A DNA stretch of 64,000 nucleotides from Chloroflexota bacterium (GCA_040905185.1 JBBDRZ010000006.1:8039-72038), one strand, 5' to 3'. Shown: positions 11,129 to 21,271, counted from the first letter of the stretch. Translations and numbers: made by a program. Notes: generated from the sequence alone by a model not told the origin.

Positions 11129-12748
11129 CTACTCCCACTCGATAGTGGCCGGCGGCTTGGAGCTGATGTCGTAGACCACCCGGTTCACGCCGGGCACCTC
11201 GTTGACGATCCGGGTGCTGATCCGGGCCAGCACGTCGTACGGAAGCCGTGCCCAGTCGGCGGTCATCCCGTCTTCAGAGGTCACCGCCCGCACCGCCACC
11301 ACGTTGGCGTAGGTGCGACCGTCGCCCATGACCCCAACCGTATCGACGGGAGTCAGGATGGCGAAGGATTGCCACAGCTGTTGGTACAGGCCGGCGGCCT
11401 TGATCTCGTCCAGGACGATCCAATCGGCATCACGCAAGGTCTCGAGCCGGGACGCGGTGACCTCGCCGATAACCCGAATGGCGAGGCCGGGACCCGGGAA
11501 CGGCTGGCGCAGGATCATGGCCTCCGGTAGGCCGAGCTCGGTACCCACCCGCCGCACCTCGTCCTTGAACAGGTGGCGCAGCGGCTCGATGAGCCGGAAG
11601 CGCAGGTTGGCGGGCAGGCCCCCCACGTTGTGATGGGTCTTGATCTTGGCCGCTGCCTTGGACTCGACCGTCTTGGACTCGATGACGTCGGGGTACAGCG
11701 TTCCCTGGACCAGGAAGTCAATCGGCCCCAGCCGCGCGGCCTCCAACTCGAACACCTGTATGAACTCGTCGCCGATGATCCGGCGCTTGTCTTCGGGATC
11801 CGTCACCCCCACCAGGCGGTGGAGGAATCGGTCCTGGGCATCGACCATCCGCAGCTGCATGCCGAGGTTCTGCTCGAAGGTGGTCCGCAGCAGCTCTGAC
11901 TCGCGCTTGCGCATGAGGCCGGTGTCGACGTAGATGCAGGTCAGCCGGTCGCCGACGGCCCGATGCACGAGTGTCGCGGCCACGGCGCTGTCGACGCCGC
12001 CGGACAGCGCGCAGATCACCTGCCCCGCACCCACTTCGGCCCGGATGGCGGCCACGGTGGCGCCGATGAAGCCGGCCGGTGTCCATTCGCCGCGGGCGCC
12101 CGCGATGCGCAACGTGAAGTTGGCCAGGATCTCGCGGCCCTGGGGGGTGTGGACGACCTCGGGGTGGAATTGCAGGCCCATCAGCCCGTGGTCGTTGGCC
12201 ATGGCCGCGTACGGCGTGGACTCGCTGGATGCGAGGGCGCGGAAGCCGGGGGGCGGCTCGAGGATCGAGTCACCGTGGCTCATCCAGACGGGCGCGGCCG
12301 TCGGCAGGCCGGCGAGCAATGGCTCGCCTGGCGCCGCATGGATGGTGGCGGGGCCGTATTCGCGGCGCTCGGCGGGTGCCACCCGGCCGCCGAGCTGGTG
12401 GGCCATCAGCTGCATGCCGTAGCAGATGCCAAGGACAGGGACGCTCCCTTCCCAGATGCGCGGGTCCGCCTGCGGCGCATCGTCGTCATAGACCGATGCG
12501 GGACCGCCCGACAGGATGATCCCCACCGGGCGCCGACGGGCGATTTCCTCCCACGGGGTATCGTGGGGGAGCACCACCGAGTACACGTTCAGCTCCCGGA
12601 TGCGGCGGGCGATGAGCTGGGCGTACTGGCCGCCAAAGTCGAGCACGATGACCGTCTGCGGGTCAGCGACCGGTTCCGCGGCGCCCTCGGATGCAACCGG
12701 GTGCAGGGCCGGCTCGAGGTAGGTTTCGACCGCGCCGCCCTCGCTCAA
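11129..12748 (-). CDS. guaA: GMP synthase (glutamine-hydrolysing)
   Basis: GATase-1 domain ([11 protein letters not shown] and H catalytic residues) plus ATP-PPase (SGGVDSAV) and a GMP synthase C-terminal domain ending ...TIEWE. Confidence 0.95.
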   Translation of the reverse strand: MSEGGAVETYLEPALHPVASEGAAEPVADPQTVIVLDFGGQYAQLIARRIRELNVYSVVLPHDTPWEEIARRRPVGIILSGGPASVYDDDAPQADPRIWEGSVPVLGICYGMQLMAHQLGGRVAPAERREYGPATIHAAPGEPLLAGLPTAAPVWMSHGDSILEPPPGFRALASSESTPYAAMANDHGLMGLQFHPEVVHTPQGREILANFTLRIAGARGEWTPAGFIGATVAAIRAEVGAGQVICALSGGVDSAVAATLVHRAVGDRLTCIYVDTGLMRKRESELLRTTFEQNLGMQLRMVDAQDRFLHRLVGVTDPEDKRRIIGDEFIQVFELEAARLGPIDFLVQGTLYPDVIESKTVESKAAAKIKTHHNVGGLPANLRFRLIEPLRHLFKDEVRRVGTELGLPEAMILRQPFPGPGLAIRVIGEVTASRLETLRDADWIVLDEIKAAGLYQQLWQSFAILTPVDTVGVMGDGRTYANVVAVRAVTSEDGMTADWARLPYDVLARISTRIVNEVPGVNRVVYDISSKPPATIEWE

Positions 12749-13185
12749 GGTGCGAACTTGGCCTGCAGGGTCGCGAAATCAGTGTCCGCGGCCTGATTGA
12801 CGACGCGGCTGATCACAGGCTCCATCATCCTCCAGGCACCGGGGAGCCGGAGCTCGAACGCGAAGGCGAGTTGGGTGCCGGTGCCGTCTGCCACCAACGT
12901 GGTATCAGCCGATCCGGAGACCCCCGACTTGTCGATCGATTCGAACGCGAAGCGGCGATTTTCCTCAAGCGCGGTGACGGTACATTCAAGCGAGCCCGAT
13001 TGCCCCTGGGTGGTCACATCCATCTGAAATCGGCTGCCGACAGCCATCGGACCATTGCCAATCGACACGGCGCTCGTCACACCAGCACCCCGCCGCCACT
13101 CGGCGAACCGCGTGGGATCAGCGACATACGGCCACACCGTCTCCGGGCCGGCGGCCAACGACACCCTGCGGTGGACCTTGATCAC
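12745..13185 (-). CDS. SRPBCC family protein (polyketide cyclase/dehydrase-like)
   Basis: About 146 aa. The N-terminus ([25 protein letters not shown]) is typical of the START/Bet v1 fold. Overlaps guaA by 4 nt. Confidence 0.55.
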   Translation of the reverse strand: MIKVHRRVSLAAGPETVWPYVADPTRFAEWRRGAGVTSAVSIGNGPMAVGSRFQMDVTTQGQSGSLECTVTALEENRRFAFESIDKSGVSGSADTTLVADGTGTQLAFAFELRLPGAWRMMEPVISRVVNQAADTDFATLQAKFAP

Positions 13186-14360
13186 CGCTGCGGATCGTCC
13201 GCGGCCATCTGCCAGGACTTACCCTCGGTCGCGATGGCCGGGGCCACGACCATCTCCACCTCGTGCATGTCGCGGATCGTCCGCGCCCCCAGCGCACCCA
13301 TGCTCTGGCGCAGTGCGCCAACCAGGTTCTGCGTGCCGTGCGTCGTGCGGGCCGGACCGAACAGGATCTGCTCCAGCGGCAGCCGCTCCTCGAGCTGGAT
13401 GCGCGTCCCGCGCGGCAGGGTCGGCGAGGGAGCCGCCATGCCCCAGTTGTACCCGCGCCCCGGTGCCTCGATGGCGGCGGCCAGCGGGGTACCCAGCATG
13501 ACGGCATCGGCTCCCGACGCGATGGCCTTGGCGATGTCGCCGCCGGTCTTCATCCCGCCGTCGGTGATGACCGGCACGTATCGCCCGGTGTCGGCCAGGA
13601 ACCGATCACGGGCGGCGGCAACCTGGAGGGTGGCGGAGACCTGCGGCACGCCGATCCCGAGCACCTCGCGCGTGGTGCAGGCGGCCCCGGGTCCCACCCC
13701 GACGAGGATCCCGGCGGCGCCCTGCTCCATGAGCTGGTAGGCCGCCTCGCCGCTCACCGTGTTGCCCACCAGGACCGGCAGGCGGAGCGCGCCGGTGAGA
13801 TCCGACAGCGACAGGACGCGACCCGAGGTCGAGATGTGACGCGCGCTCGACACCTGCGACTGCACGACGAACAGGTCGGCGCCGGCCTCGGCCGCCACCG
13901 CAGCGTGGTCCCAGGCGGATGCCGGCGTGGTGGCCACCGCGGCCGGCGCCCCGGAGGCCTTGATGCGTGTGATCAGGGCGCCGATCAGCTCGGGCCGAAT
14001 CGGTGCCGCATAGGCCTCGCTCAGGACCCGCGCGGCGGCGACCGCGTCCGGGGCTTCGACCACCTGCTCGATGATCGGCCCGGCGTCCGGATACCGGGTG
14101 TACAGGCCCTCCAGGTTGACGACCGCCAGCCCGCCAAGCCGATGCATCCGCACCGCCATGTCCGGGTCGCTGACCGCATCCATGGCGGCGGCCAGGAACG
14201 GGATCTCGAGGCGCAGCGAGCCGATCTCCACCACGGTGTCGACCGCGGCCGGCTCCACCGTGACCGCGCCGGGGACCAGCGAGATCTCCTCGAAGCCGTA
14301 CGCCCGACGCAGGCGCCCACCGACCTCGGTCAGGGGGCGGAGCAGCGTGCCGGACTCCAT
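13182..14360 (-). CDS. guaB3: GuaB3-type IMP dehydrogenase family protein (no CBS insert)
   Basis: TIM-barrel IMPDH motifs (AAMDAVS, ITDGGMKTGGDIAKAIASGADAVMLG), but short and without a CBS pair, like mycobacterial GuaB3, which also sits next to guaA. Confidence 0.75.
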   Translation of the reverse strand: MESGTLLRPLTEVGGRLRRAYGFEEISLVPGAVTVEPAAVDTVVEIGSLRLEIPFLAAAMDAVSDPDMAVRMHRLGGLAVVNLEGLYTRYPDAGPIIEQVVEAPDAVAAARVLSEAYAAPIRPELIGALITRIKASGAPAAVATTPASAWDHAAVAAEAGADLFVVQSQVSSARHISTSGRVLSLSDLTGALRLPVLVGNTVSGEAAYQLMEQGAAGILVGVGPGAACTTREVLGIGVPQVSATLQVAAARDRFLADTGRYVPVITDGGMKTGGDIAKAIASGADAVMLGTPLAAAIEAPGRGYNWGMAAPSPTLPRGTRIQLEERLPLEQILFGPARTTHGTQNLVGALRQSMGALGARTIRDMHEVEMVVAPAIATEGKSWQMAADDPQR

Positions 14361-14404
14361 GTGGGCCCGCAGTATAAGTGGCGCCGGGCCCGATCAGGCC
14401 GGGC

Positions 14405-14704
14405 TCAGGATCGGGCGCGAACCTTGTCGAAGCAGCTGCTGCAGTAGACCGGGCGATCGTTGCGCGGGAGGAACGGCACCAGGGCCTGCCCCCCACATTC
14501 GGCGCACACCGCGGCGTGCATCTCGCGGGCCCCGCCCCCCGTGCCGATGCCCAGCGCGCGGTTCTGCTTGGCAACCGCCCGGCAGCTCGAGCAGCGCTGG
14601 GGCTCGTGGGTCAGCCCCTTCTCCTGATAGAACTGCTGCTCGCCGGCCGAGAAGACGAAGTCCATCCCGCAGTCGCGGCACGTGATGGTCTTGTCGGTCA
14701 ACAC
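14405..14704 (-). CDS. small zinc-ribbon domain protein (zf-trcl-like)
   Basis: CRDCG...C..C and CAECG...CSSC pairs with the conserved FxFSAGEQQFYQEKG block. Confidence 0.55.
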   Translation of the reverse strand: MLTDKTITCRDCGMDFVFSAGEQQFYQEKGLTHEPQRCSSCRAVAKQNRALGIGTGGGAREMHAAVCAECGGQALVPFLPRNDRPVYCSSCFDKVRARS

Positions 14705-14843
14705 CTGCCCTCTCCTCCGTGTCGTGGTCGCCCGGCCCTCGGTTCTCCGGCTCCTCGGGCCGTGGATCGCGACCTGGGATGAGCTGGTGTTCCGGACCTA
14801 CCAGCCGCCGATGATGCCACGCAGGTCAAGCGTCGGGAACCCT

Positions 14844-16199
14844 CTAGTAGGCGGTGACCTCCACCTCATCCCGCGCGGCGACCCCGTAGAAGCGGGTGTG
14901 CGTGCGCCGGAACTGGAGCGGCACCTCGCCAATCGGCCCGTTGCGATGCTTGGCGATCTTGGCCTTGACCAGCTCCAGGTCCGCGTCGGCGATGGGCTCG
15001 CCCTCGGCCCGATACAGGAAGATGACGACGTCCGCGTCCTGCTCCAGCGATCCGGATTCACGAAGGTCCGAGAGTCGCGGCTCGGCACTGCCTCGTTGCT
15101 CGACGTTGCGGGATAGCTGGGAAAGGGCCAGCACCGGGACCTTGAGCTCGCGGGCCAGGTTCTTCAGGCCGCGGCTGATCTCACTCACCTCCTGGACCCG
15201 GTTCGGCTCCCGGGTGGGGGTCGAGGCCTGCATGAGCTGAAGGTAGTCGACGATGACCAGGTCCAGTCCTTGCTGCTCGACCTCCAGCCGTCGGGCCTTG
15301 GTGCGCAACTCCATGACGGAGAGGGTGGGCGAGTCGTCGACCCACATCTTGGCGCTGGCCATGTCGTTCATGACCTTGGCGATCTTCGACCAGTCCGTCT
15401 CCTCCATGAACCCGGTCTGAAGCGGGCGTGGATTGATCCCGGTCTCCGAGGACAGGAGCCGAAGCGCGAGTTGTTCGCGGCTCATCTCGAGCGAGAAGAT
15501 GGCGACCCGCTTCTGCTCATGGACGGCCGCATGGAGGGCCACGTTGAGCGCCAGGCTCGTCTTTCCCACGCTGGGGCGCGCGGCCAGAATGACAAGGTCC
15601 GACGGCTGGAACCCGCCGAGGAGCGTGTCGAGCCCGGCCAGCCCGGTGGGGATGCCGAGGATCTGGCCCCGGTGTTCGTGGAGATACTCGAGCCGGTCAT
15701 AGGCTTCTCCCAGGAGCGTGGCCAGCGTCTCGAACCCGGCGACCGTCCGGCGCTGACTGATCTCGAACAGGATGGCCTCGGCCCGGTCGATGGCGGCCGC
15801 CGTGTCATGGGCCTCCTCGTACCCCACCGCAGCGATGCGCCCGGCGGCCGCGATGAGGTTCCGGAGAACTGCCTTCTGCTCGACGATCCGGCCGTAGTGC
15901 TCGACGTGCACCGCGGTCGGGACCGCGTTCATGAGGGTCGCCAGGTAGGCGGGGCCACCGACCCCCTCCAGCTTGTCGTGCCGGGTCAGCTCGTCGCCCA
16001 GGGTGACGAGGTCGATCGGCTCTCGCTGGCTGTGCAGAGCCAGCATGGCCTCGTAGATGTCCGCATGCTGGGGGCGATAGAAATCGCCGGGGTGCAGGAA
16101 GTCGGCGACCTTGAGGATGGCCTCGGGATCGATCAGGATCGAGCCGAGCACGCTCTGCTCGGCCTCGACCGCCTGGGGGGCGACTCGGTCAATGCTCAT
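14844..16199 (-). CDS. dnaB: replicative DNA helicase DnaB (no intein)
   Basis: N-terminal domain (QAVEAEQSVLGSIL), Walker A (ARPSVGKTSLALN), H1a/H2-H4 motifs (DYLQLM, LSQLSR). Confidence 0.95.
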   Translation of the reverse strand: MSIDRVAPQAVEAEQSVLGSILIDPEAILKVADFLHPGDFYRPQHADIYEAMLALHSQREPIDLVTLGDELTRHDKLEGVGGPAYLATLMNAVPTAVHVEHYGRIVEQKAVLRNLIAAAGRIAAVGYEEAHDTAAAIDRAEAILFEISQRRTVAGFETLATLLGEAYDRLEYLHEHRGQILGIPTGLAGLDTLLGGFQPSDLVILAARPSVGKTSLALNVALHAAVHEQKRVAIFSLEMSREQLALRLLSSETGINPRPLQTGFMEETDWSKIAKVMNDMASAKMWVDDSPTLSVMELRTKARRLEVEQQGLDLVIVDYLQLMQASTPTREPNRVQEVSEISRGLKNLARELKVPVLALSQLSRNVEQRGSAEPRLSDLRESGSLEQDADVVIFLYRAEGEPIADADLELVKAKIAKHRNGPIGEVPLQFRRTHTRFYGVAARDEVEVTAY

Positions 16200-16362
16200 G
16201 ATGGCGTGGGCCTGACCCTAGGAGCGCAACCGGCGCTTGGGTAGGGCTTTAACCACAGGCTTAGCCACAGGCCCCAGTTCCGGACGGGGATTCAATGTGG
16301 ACAAGGTGCACAGATGGTCGCCCCCGGTCGCGACACCTACGCTGTCGCGCGGTCGCCGTCCC

Positions 16363-16809
16363 TCAATGCTCGGCGACGACCTCGACCCGGACCTGGGCCT
16401 CGAGACCCGGCATCAGGTGCACGCTCACCACGTGCTCGCCCACGGTCTTGATCGGCTCGCCAAGGTGAATGTCATGCCGGTCGATCTCGATCCCCTCCTG
16501 TCGCAGGCGATCGGCGACGTCGCGCGTCGTCACCGAGCCGAACAGCCGATCTCGTTCGCCGGCCTTGACGCCGATCTGGACGGTCAGCTCCCCGAGGCGC
16601 GCGGCGATGGCCTCGGCGTCAGCGCGCAGGGACCGATCGCGCTCGTCCCGCTGGTCGCGGTGGCGCTCCCAATTGCGGATGGCGCCCAGGTCGGCGAGGA
16701 CGGCCGCTCCGGTGGGGATGAGGTGATTCCGGGCGTACCCGTCCTTCACGTCCTTCAGGTCGCCCTCGCGGCCCAGGCCCTTCACGTCACGCTTCAGGAT
16801 GACCTTCAT
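16363..16809 (-). CDS. rplI: 50S ribosomal protein L9
   Basis: MKVILKRDVKGLGREGDLKDVKDGYARNHLIP is the canonical L9 start, with a GGAGGTGGA RBS directly upstream. The ORF-track start at 16848 is an upstream extension. The start overlaps the DUF1232 stop (ATGA). Confidence 0.9.
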   Translation of the reverse strand: MKVILKRDVKGLGREGDLKDVKDGYARNHLIPTGAAVLADLGAIRNWERHRDQRDERDRSLRADAEAIAARLGELTVQIGVKAGERDRLFGSVTTRDVADRLRQEGIEIDRHDIHLGEPIKTVGEHVVSVHLMPGLEAQVRVEVVAEH

Positions 16810-17288
16810 TCCACCTCCACCGGGGTCTTGGCGCGGGCGGCGCGCCACTTCCCGATCTGACGTTTGACCTCAGTCGAGTCCCGAAGCCCGCCATACCGAC
16901 CCAGGAGCTGGGGCAACGTGTCCCGAATTCGATCGTAGCGGTCCCCGAGCAGCGAGCGGAGGCGAGCCAGGTCGGCGTCCAGCATCGCCTGCCCGGCGGC
17001 AGCTCGGGCCAGGTGCTCTTCTCGGACCGCCGCCGGCGCATTGCTGATGAACAGGTCCAGGACAAGGAGCAGGACGGTCAGATCATCGGCGGCGCCGAGG
17101 ATGGGGACGACGTCGGGAATCAGGTCGATGGGCACCACGACGTAGACCAGGGCCGCGATGAGCAGCGCCTTGAGGCCGAGCGGAGTGCGGGGATCTCGGG
17201 CCAGGCCCCACACCAGGCGAGCGTAGGTGGGCAACTGGAGGAGGACTTTGGCGGTGCGCAGATAGCGCCACCGGCCGGGACGCAGCAC
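16806..17288 (-). CDS. DUF1232 (YkvA-like) membrane protein
   Basis: LKALLIAALVYVVVPIDLIPDVVPILGAADDLTV is the DUF1232 signature. A likely GTG start (VLRPGRW...) has GGAGG about 9 nt upstream. The ORF-track ATG at 17438 would overlap lexA and its promoter, so I reject it. Confidence 0.55.
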   Translation of the reverse strand: MLRPGRWRYLRTAKVLLQLPTYARLVWGLARDPRTPLGLKALLIAALVYVVVPIDLIPDVVPILGAADDLTVLLLVLDLFISNAPAAVREEHLARAAAGQAMLDADLARLRSLLGDRYDRIRDTLPQLLGRYGGLRDSTEVKRQIGKWRAARAKTPVEVE

Positions 17289-17353
17289 TCGGTTTGGCCT
17301 CCGGTCAGTCCGACGAGATGAGTGGGCCGGGATGATACCAAGCGATTGACAAT

Positions 17354-17367
17354 AGAACAGGTGTTCT
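17354..17367. promoter_or_regulatory. LexA (Cheo-type) SOS box AGAACAGGTGTTCT inside the lexA promoter (TTGACA -35 / TAGGGT -10)
   Basis: Perfect GAAC-N4-GTTC palindrome in the spacer between TTGACA (~17345) and TAGGGT (~17369). The -10 abuts the GTG start, so the transcript is probably leaderless. Positions ±2. Confidence 0.8.
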
Positions 17368-17373
17368 GCTAGG

Positions 17374-18048
17374 GTGCTGTGCGTGACCCGGCACGACGCC
17401 GAACGCCGACAGCGCATCGTGGAGTACATCGCCCGCACCGTGGCCGAGCGCGGCTATCCGCCCTCGGTCCGCGAGATCGCGGATGCGGTGGGCCTTGCCT
17501 CGACATCAGCCGTCCATCACCACCTCGTGGCCCTCGAACGCTCCGGGCAGCTGGAACGCGGCACCCGCTCGTCGCGTGCCCTGCGCCTGACTGCCACCGC
17601 GGAAGGCATGGCGCCTCCGGCACGGCCGGCGCGCGGCGCGGTCACTCCCTTCCGGATGCCCATGGAGCGTGATGTCCTGCGGCTCCCGGTGATCGGCGAG
17701 ATCGCGGCCGGCCAGCCCATCGAGGCCTACCAGGACCCCAGCCAGACGCTCGAGGTCCCGAGCTCGCTCCAGGCCCGGGACGACTCGTACGTCCTGCGCG
17801 TGCGCGGGCGAAGCATGGTCGACGCGCTCATCGACGACGGGGACTACGTCATCGTTCAGCCCCAGGCCACGGCCCGCGACGGGGACATCGTGGTCGCCCT
17901 GTTGGAGGACAACGGAGTCACCCTGAAGCGCTTCTACCGCGAGGAGGGGCGCATCCGCCTCCAGCCCGCCAACCCGGAGATGGAACCCATCTACGCCACC
18001 GAGCTCCAGATCCAGGGCAAGGTGGTCGGCGTCATCCGCAAGCTTTGA
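17374..18048 (+). CDS. lexA: LexA repressor
   Basis: wHTH (YPPSVREIADAVGL), Ala-Gly cleavage site (GEIAAGQPIEA) and the S24 peptidase Ser/Lys dyad (RVRGRSM ... VTLKR). A GTG at 17374 or 17383 are equally possible starts. Confidence 0.9.
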   Translation: MLCVTRHDAERRQRIVEYIARTVAERGYPPSVREIADAVGLASTSAVHHHLVALERSGQLERGTRSSRALRLTATAEGMAPPARPARGAVTPFRMPMERDVLRLPVIGEIAAGQPIEAYQDPSQTLEVPSSLQARDDSYVLRVRGRSMVDALIDDGDYVIVQPQATARDGDIVVALLEDNGVTLKRFYREEGRIRLQPANPEMEPIYATELQIQGKVVGVIRKL

Positions 18049-18161
18049 TCAACTGAACCGATGGCGGCGGTCGTGCCGCCGCTAGGCTGGTGGGACCCAT
18101 GGTCCAGCCGATGCTCACCCTTCGCCAGCTGGATCGGGGCTACCCGGGTACGGACTGACCG

Positions 18162-19343
18162 ATGCGCACCATCATCCATGCCGACCTCGACGCGTACTAC
18201 GCCTCGGTGGAGGTGCTCGATGACCCGTCGCTGAGGGGTCTGCCGGTGATCGTGGGCGGCCGTCCCGACGACCGGGGCGTGGTCAGCGCCGCGTCCTACG
18301 AGGCGCGCCGCTTCGGGGTCCACTCCGCCATGCCCCTGCGCACAGCCGCGCGGCTCTGTCCGCAGGGCGTCTTCCTGCCCGGCCGATTCGAACGCTATGC
18401 GGAAGTCAGCCTCCAGGTCATGCGGATATTCGACACGTTCACGCCGCTGGTCGAGCCCATCAGCCTGGACGAGGCATTCCTGGACGTCACCGGGGCTCCC
18501 GCCGGGGATGGGCGAACCATCGGCCAGGCCATCAAGGATCGGGTTCGCGCCGAAGTGGGCCTGGTGGTCAGCGTCGGGGTGGCCACCAACAAGCTCGTGG
18601 CCAAGGTCGCCTCGGACCTGCGCAAGCCCGATGCGCTGGTGATCGTCGAGCCAGGCGACGAGGCCGCGTTCCTGGCCCCGTTGCCGGTGTCCCGCCTGTG
18701 GGGCGTGGGCCCGCGCGTGCGGCAGGCGCTGGCTGACTACGGGGTGACGATCATCGGCCAGCTGGCGGCGGTGCCGGAGGGGACCCTGCGTCGGCGATTC
18801 GGTCGCCACGGCGTGGATCTCCGCCATCGCGCGCGCGGCATTGATCCGTCGCCGGTAGTGCCGGGCCATGCGCCGAAGTCCATCGGTCATGAGCACACCT
18901 TCAACACCGACGTCACCGAGCGGACCGGGCTGGACGGCACCCTCCTGTGGCTGTCGGAGTCGGTGGCGGGGCGCCTGCGGCGCCACCACATGGCGGCGGG
19001 CGGAGTGCAGCTCAAGCTCCGCTACGAGGGCTTCGAGACGCTGACCCGGCAGGCGACGCTGCCGCACCCGACCACGGACGCTCAGATCCTGCTGGACGTC
19101 ATCCACCGCCTCCTGGACCGAACCCTGCAACCGGGCCGTGCGGTGCGACTGATCGGCATCACCGCCATCTCGCTGGTGGACGCCCAGCAGCTGACCCTGT
19201 TCGACGACGGCCAGCGCGTTCAGCGGCTGGCGGAGGCCACCGACGCGGTCCGCGAGAAGTTCGGTGACCGGGCCATCACCCGGGCCCGGTTGTTGCGCGA
19301 GGCGCCGGAACGCCGGTTCAGCGAGCGCCCACCAGAGTCTTGA
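18162..19343 (+). CDS. dinB: DNA polymerase IV (Y-family)
   Basis: MRTIIHADLDAYYASVE start, with palm, finger, thumb and little-finger motifs of the DinB/DinP family. Confidence 0.9.
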   Translation: MRTIIHADLDAYYASVEVLDDPSLRGLPVIVGGRPDDRGVVSAASYEARRFGVHSAMPLRTAARLCPQGVFLPGRFERYAEVSLQVMRIFDTFTPLVEPISLDEAFLDVTGAPAGDGRTIGQAIKDRVRAEVGLVVSVGVATNKLVAKVASDLRKPDALVIVEPGDEAAFLAPLPVSRLWGVGPRVRQALADYGVTIIGQLAAVPEGTLRRRFGRHGVDLRHRARGIDPSPVVPGHAPKSIGHEHTFNTDVTERTGLDGTLLWLSESVAGRLRRHHMAAGGVQLKLRYEGFETLTRQATLPHPTTDAQILLDVIHRLLDRTLQPGRAVRLIGITAISLVDAQQLTLFDDGQRVQRLAEATDAVREKFGDRAITRARLLREAPERRFSERPPES

Positions 19344-19369
19344 CAACTAGAACATGTGTTCGTATTCTG
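19340..19369 (+). promoter_or_regulatory. Sigma-A-like promoter (TTGACA-17-TATTCT) with an embedded LexA box AGAACATGTGTTCG
   Basis: TTGACA overlaps the dinB stop codon. GAAC-N4-GTTC lies in the spacer and TATTCT is the -10. An ATG follows about 6-8 nt downstream. Positions ±2. Confidence 0.7.
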
Positions 19370-19638
19370 CCGGTATGGCACTCGTCTCCATCACACCCGT
19401 CGCCGCGTCGGTCGCCTGGGATGCGCGCCACGTCCGACCCACCCGCATCCGGTTCGGTAACCGGGAGCTGCGCGTCGCGCGCCTGGCCACGGTCCGTGAC
19501 GAGCGCGCGGCGTATCCGGCGGGCAGCTCCCCGCGCCTGATGCTGGTGGTGGAGGTCGAATCCGGGGAGTCGCTGGAGCTGGTCTTCGACGCGCGGCGCC
19601 GCCGCTGGTTCGTCGACGCCCTCGACCCAGCGGCCTGA
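19354..19638 (+). CDS. small hypothetical protein under a LexA-box promoter (probably starts at the internal MALVSITPV, leaderless)
   Basis: 94-aa ORF with a mixed hydrophobic/charged composition. No motif I recognise. Preceded by the SOS-box promoter above. Confidence 0.4.
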   Translation: MCSYSAGMALVSITPVAASVAWDARHVRPTRIRFGNRELRVARLATVRDERAAYPAGSSPRLMLVVEVESGESLELVFDARRRRWFVDALDPAA

Positions 19639-19737
19639 CGGCGCTTCGGGGGCCTATCGCACAGCCCGGCGGGCGCCGCGTCCCTCTCCCGCGGGCCTGC
19701 CGGGCTCCTTCTCCGCTCCCCGTACAATCGGCTGCCC

Positions 19738-20382
19738 ATGAGCAGCCCGTCACTCGCTGAACTGACCGTCCGCGATCTCGCCGAGCGGTTGGCGTCGCGC
19801 GCCCCGGTGCCGGGCGGCGGCAGCGCCAGCGCCCTGGCCGGCGCCCTGGGAGCAGCACTGGTCGAAATGGTCTGCGAGCTCACGGTCGGGAAACCTGAGT
19901 ACGAGGACGTCGACCCCGTCGCGCGCCAGATCGGAGCCGCCGCCGGCGAGCTGCGCGGCTCCATGCTCGCCGCGGCCGAGGAGGACGCCGCCGCCTACCT
20001 GGACGTGGTCGCCGCGCGTCGTCTGCCGCGCGACAGCGACGAGGAACGGGCGGCGCGAAAGGCCGCCATCGGCGAGGCATCGGTGGTCGCGACCGAGGTC
20101 CCGCTGCGGGTGGCCCGGCTCGCGGCCGAGGTCCTCGACCTGGCGGCCAGCATCGCTTCCATCGGCAATCGCAACGCGGTCAGCGACGCGGGTGCCGCGG
20201 CGCTGCTGGCCGCGGCGGCAGCCCGGGGAGCGGCCCTCAACGTGAGGATCAACCTGCCCTCGCTTCCGAAAGCTCATCCACTGCGGGCCGACGCCGCGGT
20301 GCGGCTGGCCGAGCTGGAGTCCAGCGTGTCCAAACGCGAGGCCGAGGCACTGGGGGCAGTCAGTCAGAGGATGAGCGTGTGA
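19738..20382 (+). CDS. cyclodeaminase/cyclohydrolase family protein (FTCD C-terminal-like; methenyl-THF cyclohydrolase/formimino-THF cyclodeaminase)
   Basis: PGGGSASALAGALGAALVEMV matches the FTCD_C motif. Overlaps folD by 4 nt. Confidence 0.7.
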   Translation: MSSPSLAELTVRDLAERLASRAPVPGGGSASALAGALGAALVEMVCELTVGKPEYEDVDPVARQIGAAAGELRGSMLAAAEEDAAAYLDVVAARRLPRDSDEERAARKAAIGEASVVATEVPLRVARLAAEVLDLAASIASIGNRNAVSDAGAAALLAAAAARGAALNVRINLPSLPKAHPLRADAAVRLAELESSVSKREAEALGAVSQRMSV

Positions 20383-21251
20383 GCGGCCGCATCCTCCACG
20401 GTCGCTTGATTGCCGATCTCCACCGCCACGACCTCGCCGCCCGCGTGAGTGTGCTCATTGCCGGCGTGCATGTGCCCGGTCTGGCGATCCTGCGGTTCGC
20501 GGACACGGGACCCGAGGTTTCCTACGCCCAGAGCCTCGCGCGCTCGGCCGGCTCGATCGGCATCGCGCCGATGGACGTCCGCCTTGCGGATCACGCCACC
20601 ATGGACGAAGCCGCTGCCGCCCTCGAGGCCCTGAACCGGGACCCGACCGTGGCCGGCATCGTTGTCATCTATCCCATCCCGGGTCACCTGGACCCCGAGG
20701 CGGTCGGTCGGCTGGTTGATCCCGCCAAAGACGTTGACGGGGCGAGCCCGGTGAGTACGGAACGGCTGGCCCGCGGCGAGCCCGCCTTCGTGCCCGCGAC
20801 CGCGGTGGCGGTGATGGAAATCCTGAACCACTACCGGATTCCGGTGGCCGGACGCCCTACAGTCGTCGTTGGGCGCTCCCGGGTCGTAGGTCAGCCGACG
20901 GCGGCCCTGTTGGCTGTCAAAGGTGCAAACGTGGCGGTGGCCCACAGCGAAACAGCGGATCTGGCGCGCGCGACGCGAGCAGCGGAGATCCTGGTGGTGG
21001 CCGCCGGGGTGCCGGAGCTCATCGGACCGGATCACGTCAACTCGACCGCGGTGGTCGTGGACTGCGGAATCAACATCACCGATGCCGGCGTGGTCGGCGA
21101 CGTCGACTTCGAACGGGTGCGCCCGCTGGTCGACGCCATCACCCCGGTCCCCGGCGGCGTGGGACCGGTGACCACGGTGATGCTGCTCGACCAGGTCGTT
21201 ACGGCCGCCGAACGGGCGGCTCGCCTGGTCACCAACATCGCGACGGACTGA
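20379..21251 (+). CDS. folD: bifunctional methylene-THF dehydrogenase / methenyl-THF cyclohydrolase
   Basis: FolD motifs (GRSRVVGQPTAALL, VAHS, GGVGPVT). Confidence 0.9.
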   Translation: MSGRILHGRLIADLHRHDLAARVSVLIAGVHVPGLAILRFADTGPEVSYAQSLARSAGSIGIAPMDVRLADHATMDEAAAALEALNRDPTVAGIVVIYPIPGHLDPEAVGRLVDPAKDVDGASPVSTERLARGEPAFVPATAVAVMEILNHYRIPVAGRPTVVVGRSRVVGQPTAALLAVKGANVAVAHSETADLARATRAAEILVVAAGVPELIGPDHVNSTAVVVDCGINITDAGVVGDVDFERVRPLVDAITPVPGGVGPVTTVMLLDQVVTAAERAARLVTNIATD

Positions 21252-21271
21252 CCCATGCCGGGGGCCGGCTC

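Noticed and set aside
13606-14574. 322-aa minus-strand ORF
   Set aside because: Out-of-frame overlap with the guaB3-like gene. Gly/Arg-rich spurious product.
16200-16362. Possible tRNA/ncRNA between dnaB and rplI
   Set aside because: No cloverleaf-compatible pairing or tRNA-like conserved positions found by eye. More likely the dnaB promoter region (contains a short CCACAGGC direct repeat).
17991-19346. 451-aa minus-strand ORF
   Set aside because: Antisense to dinB.
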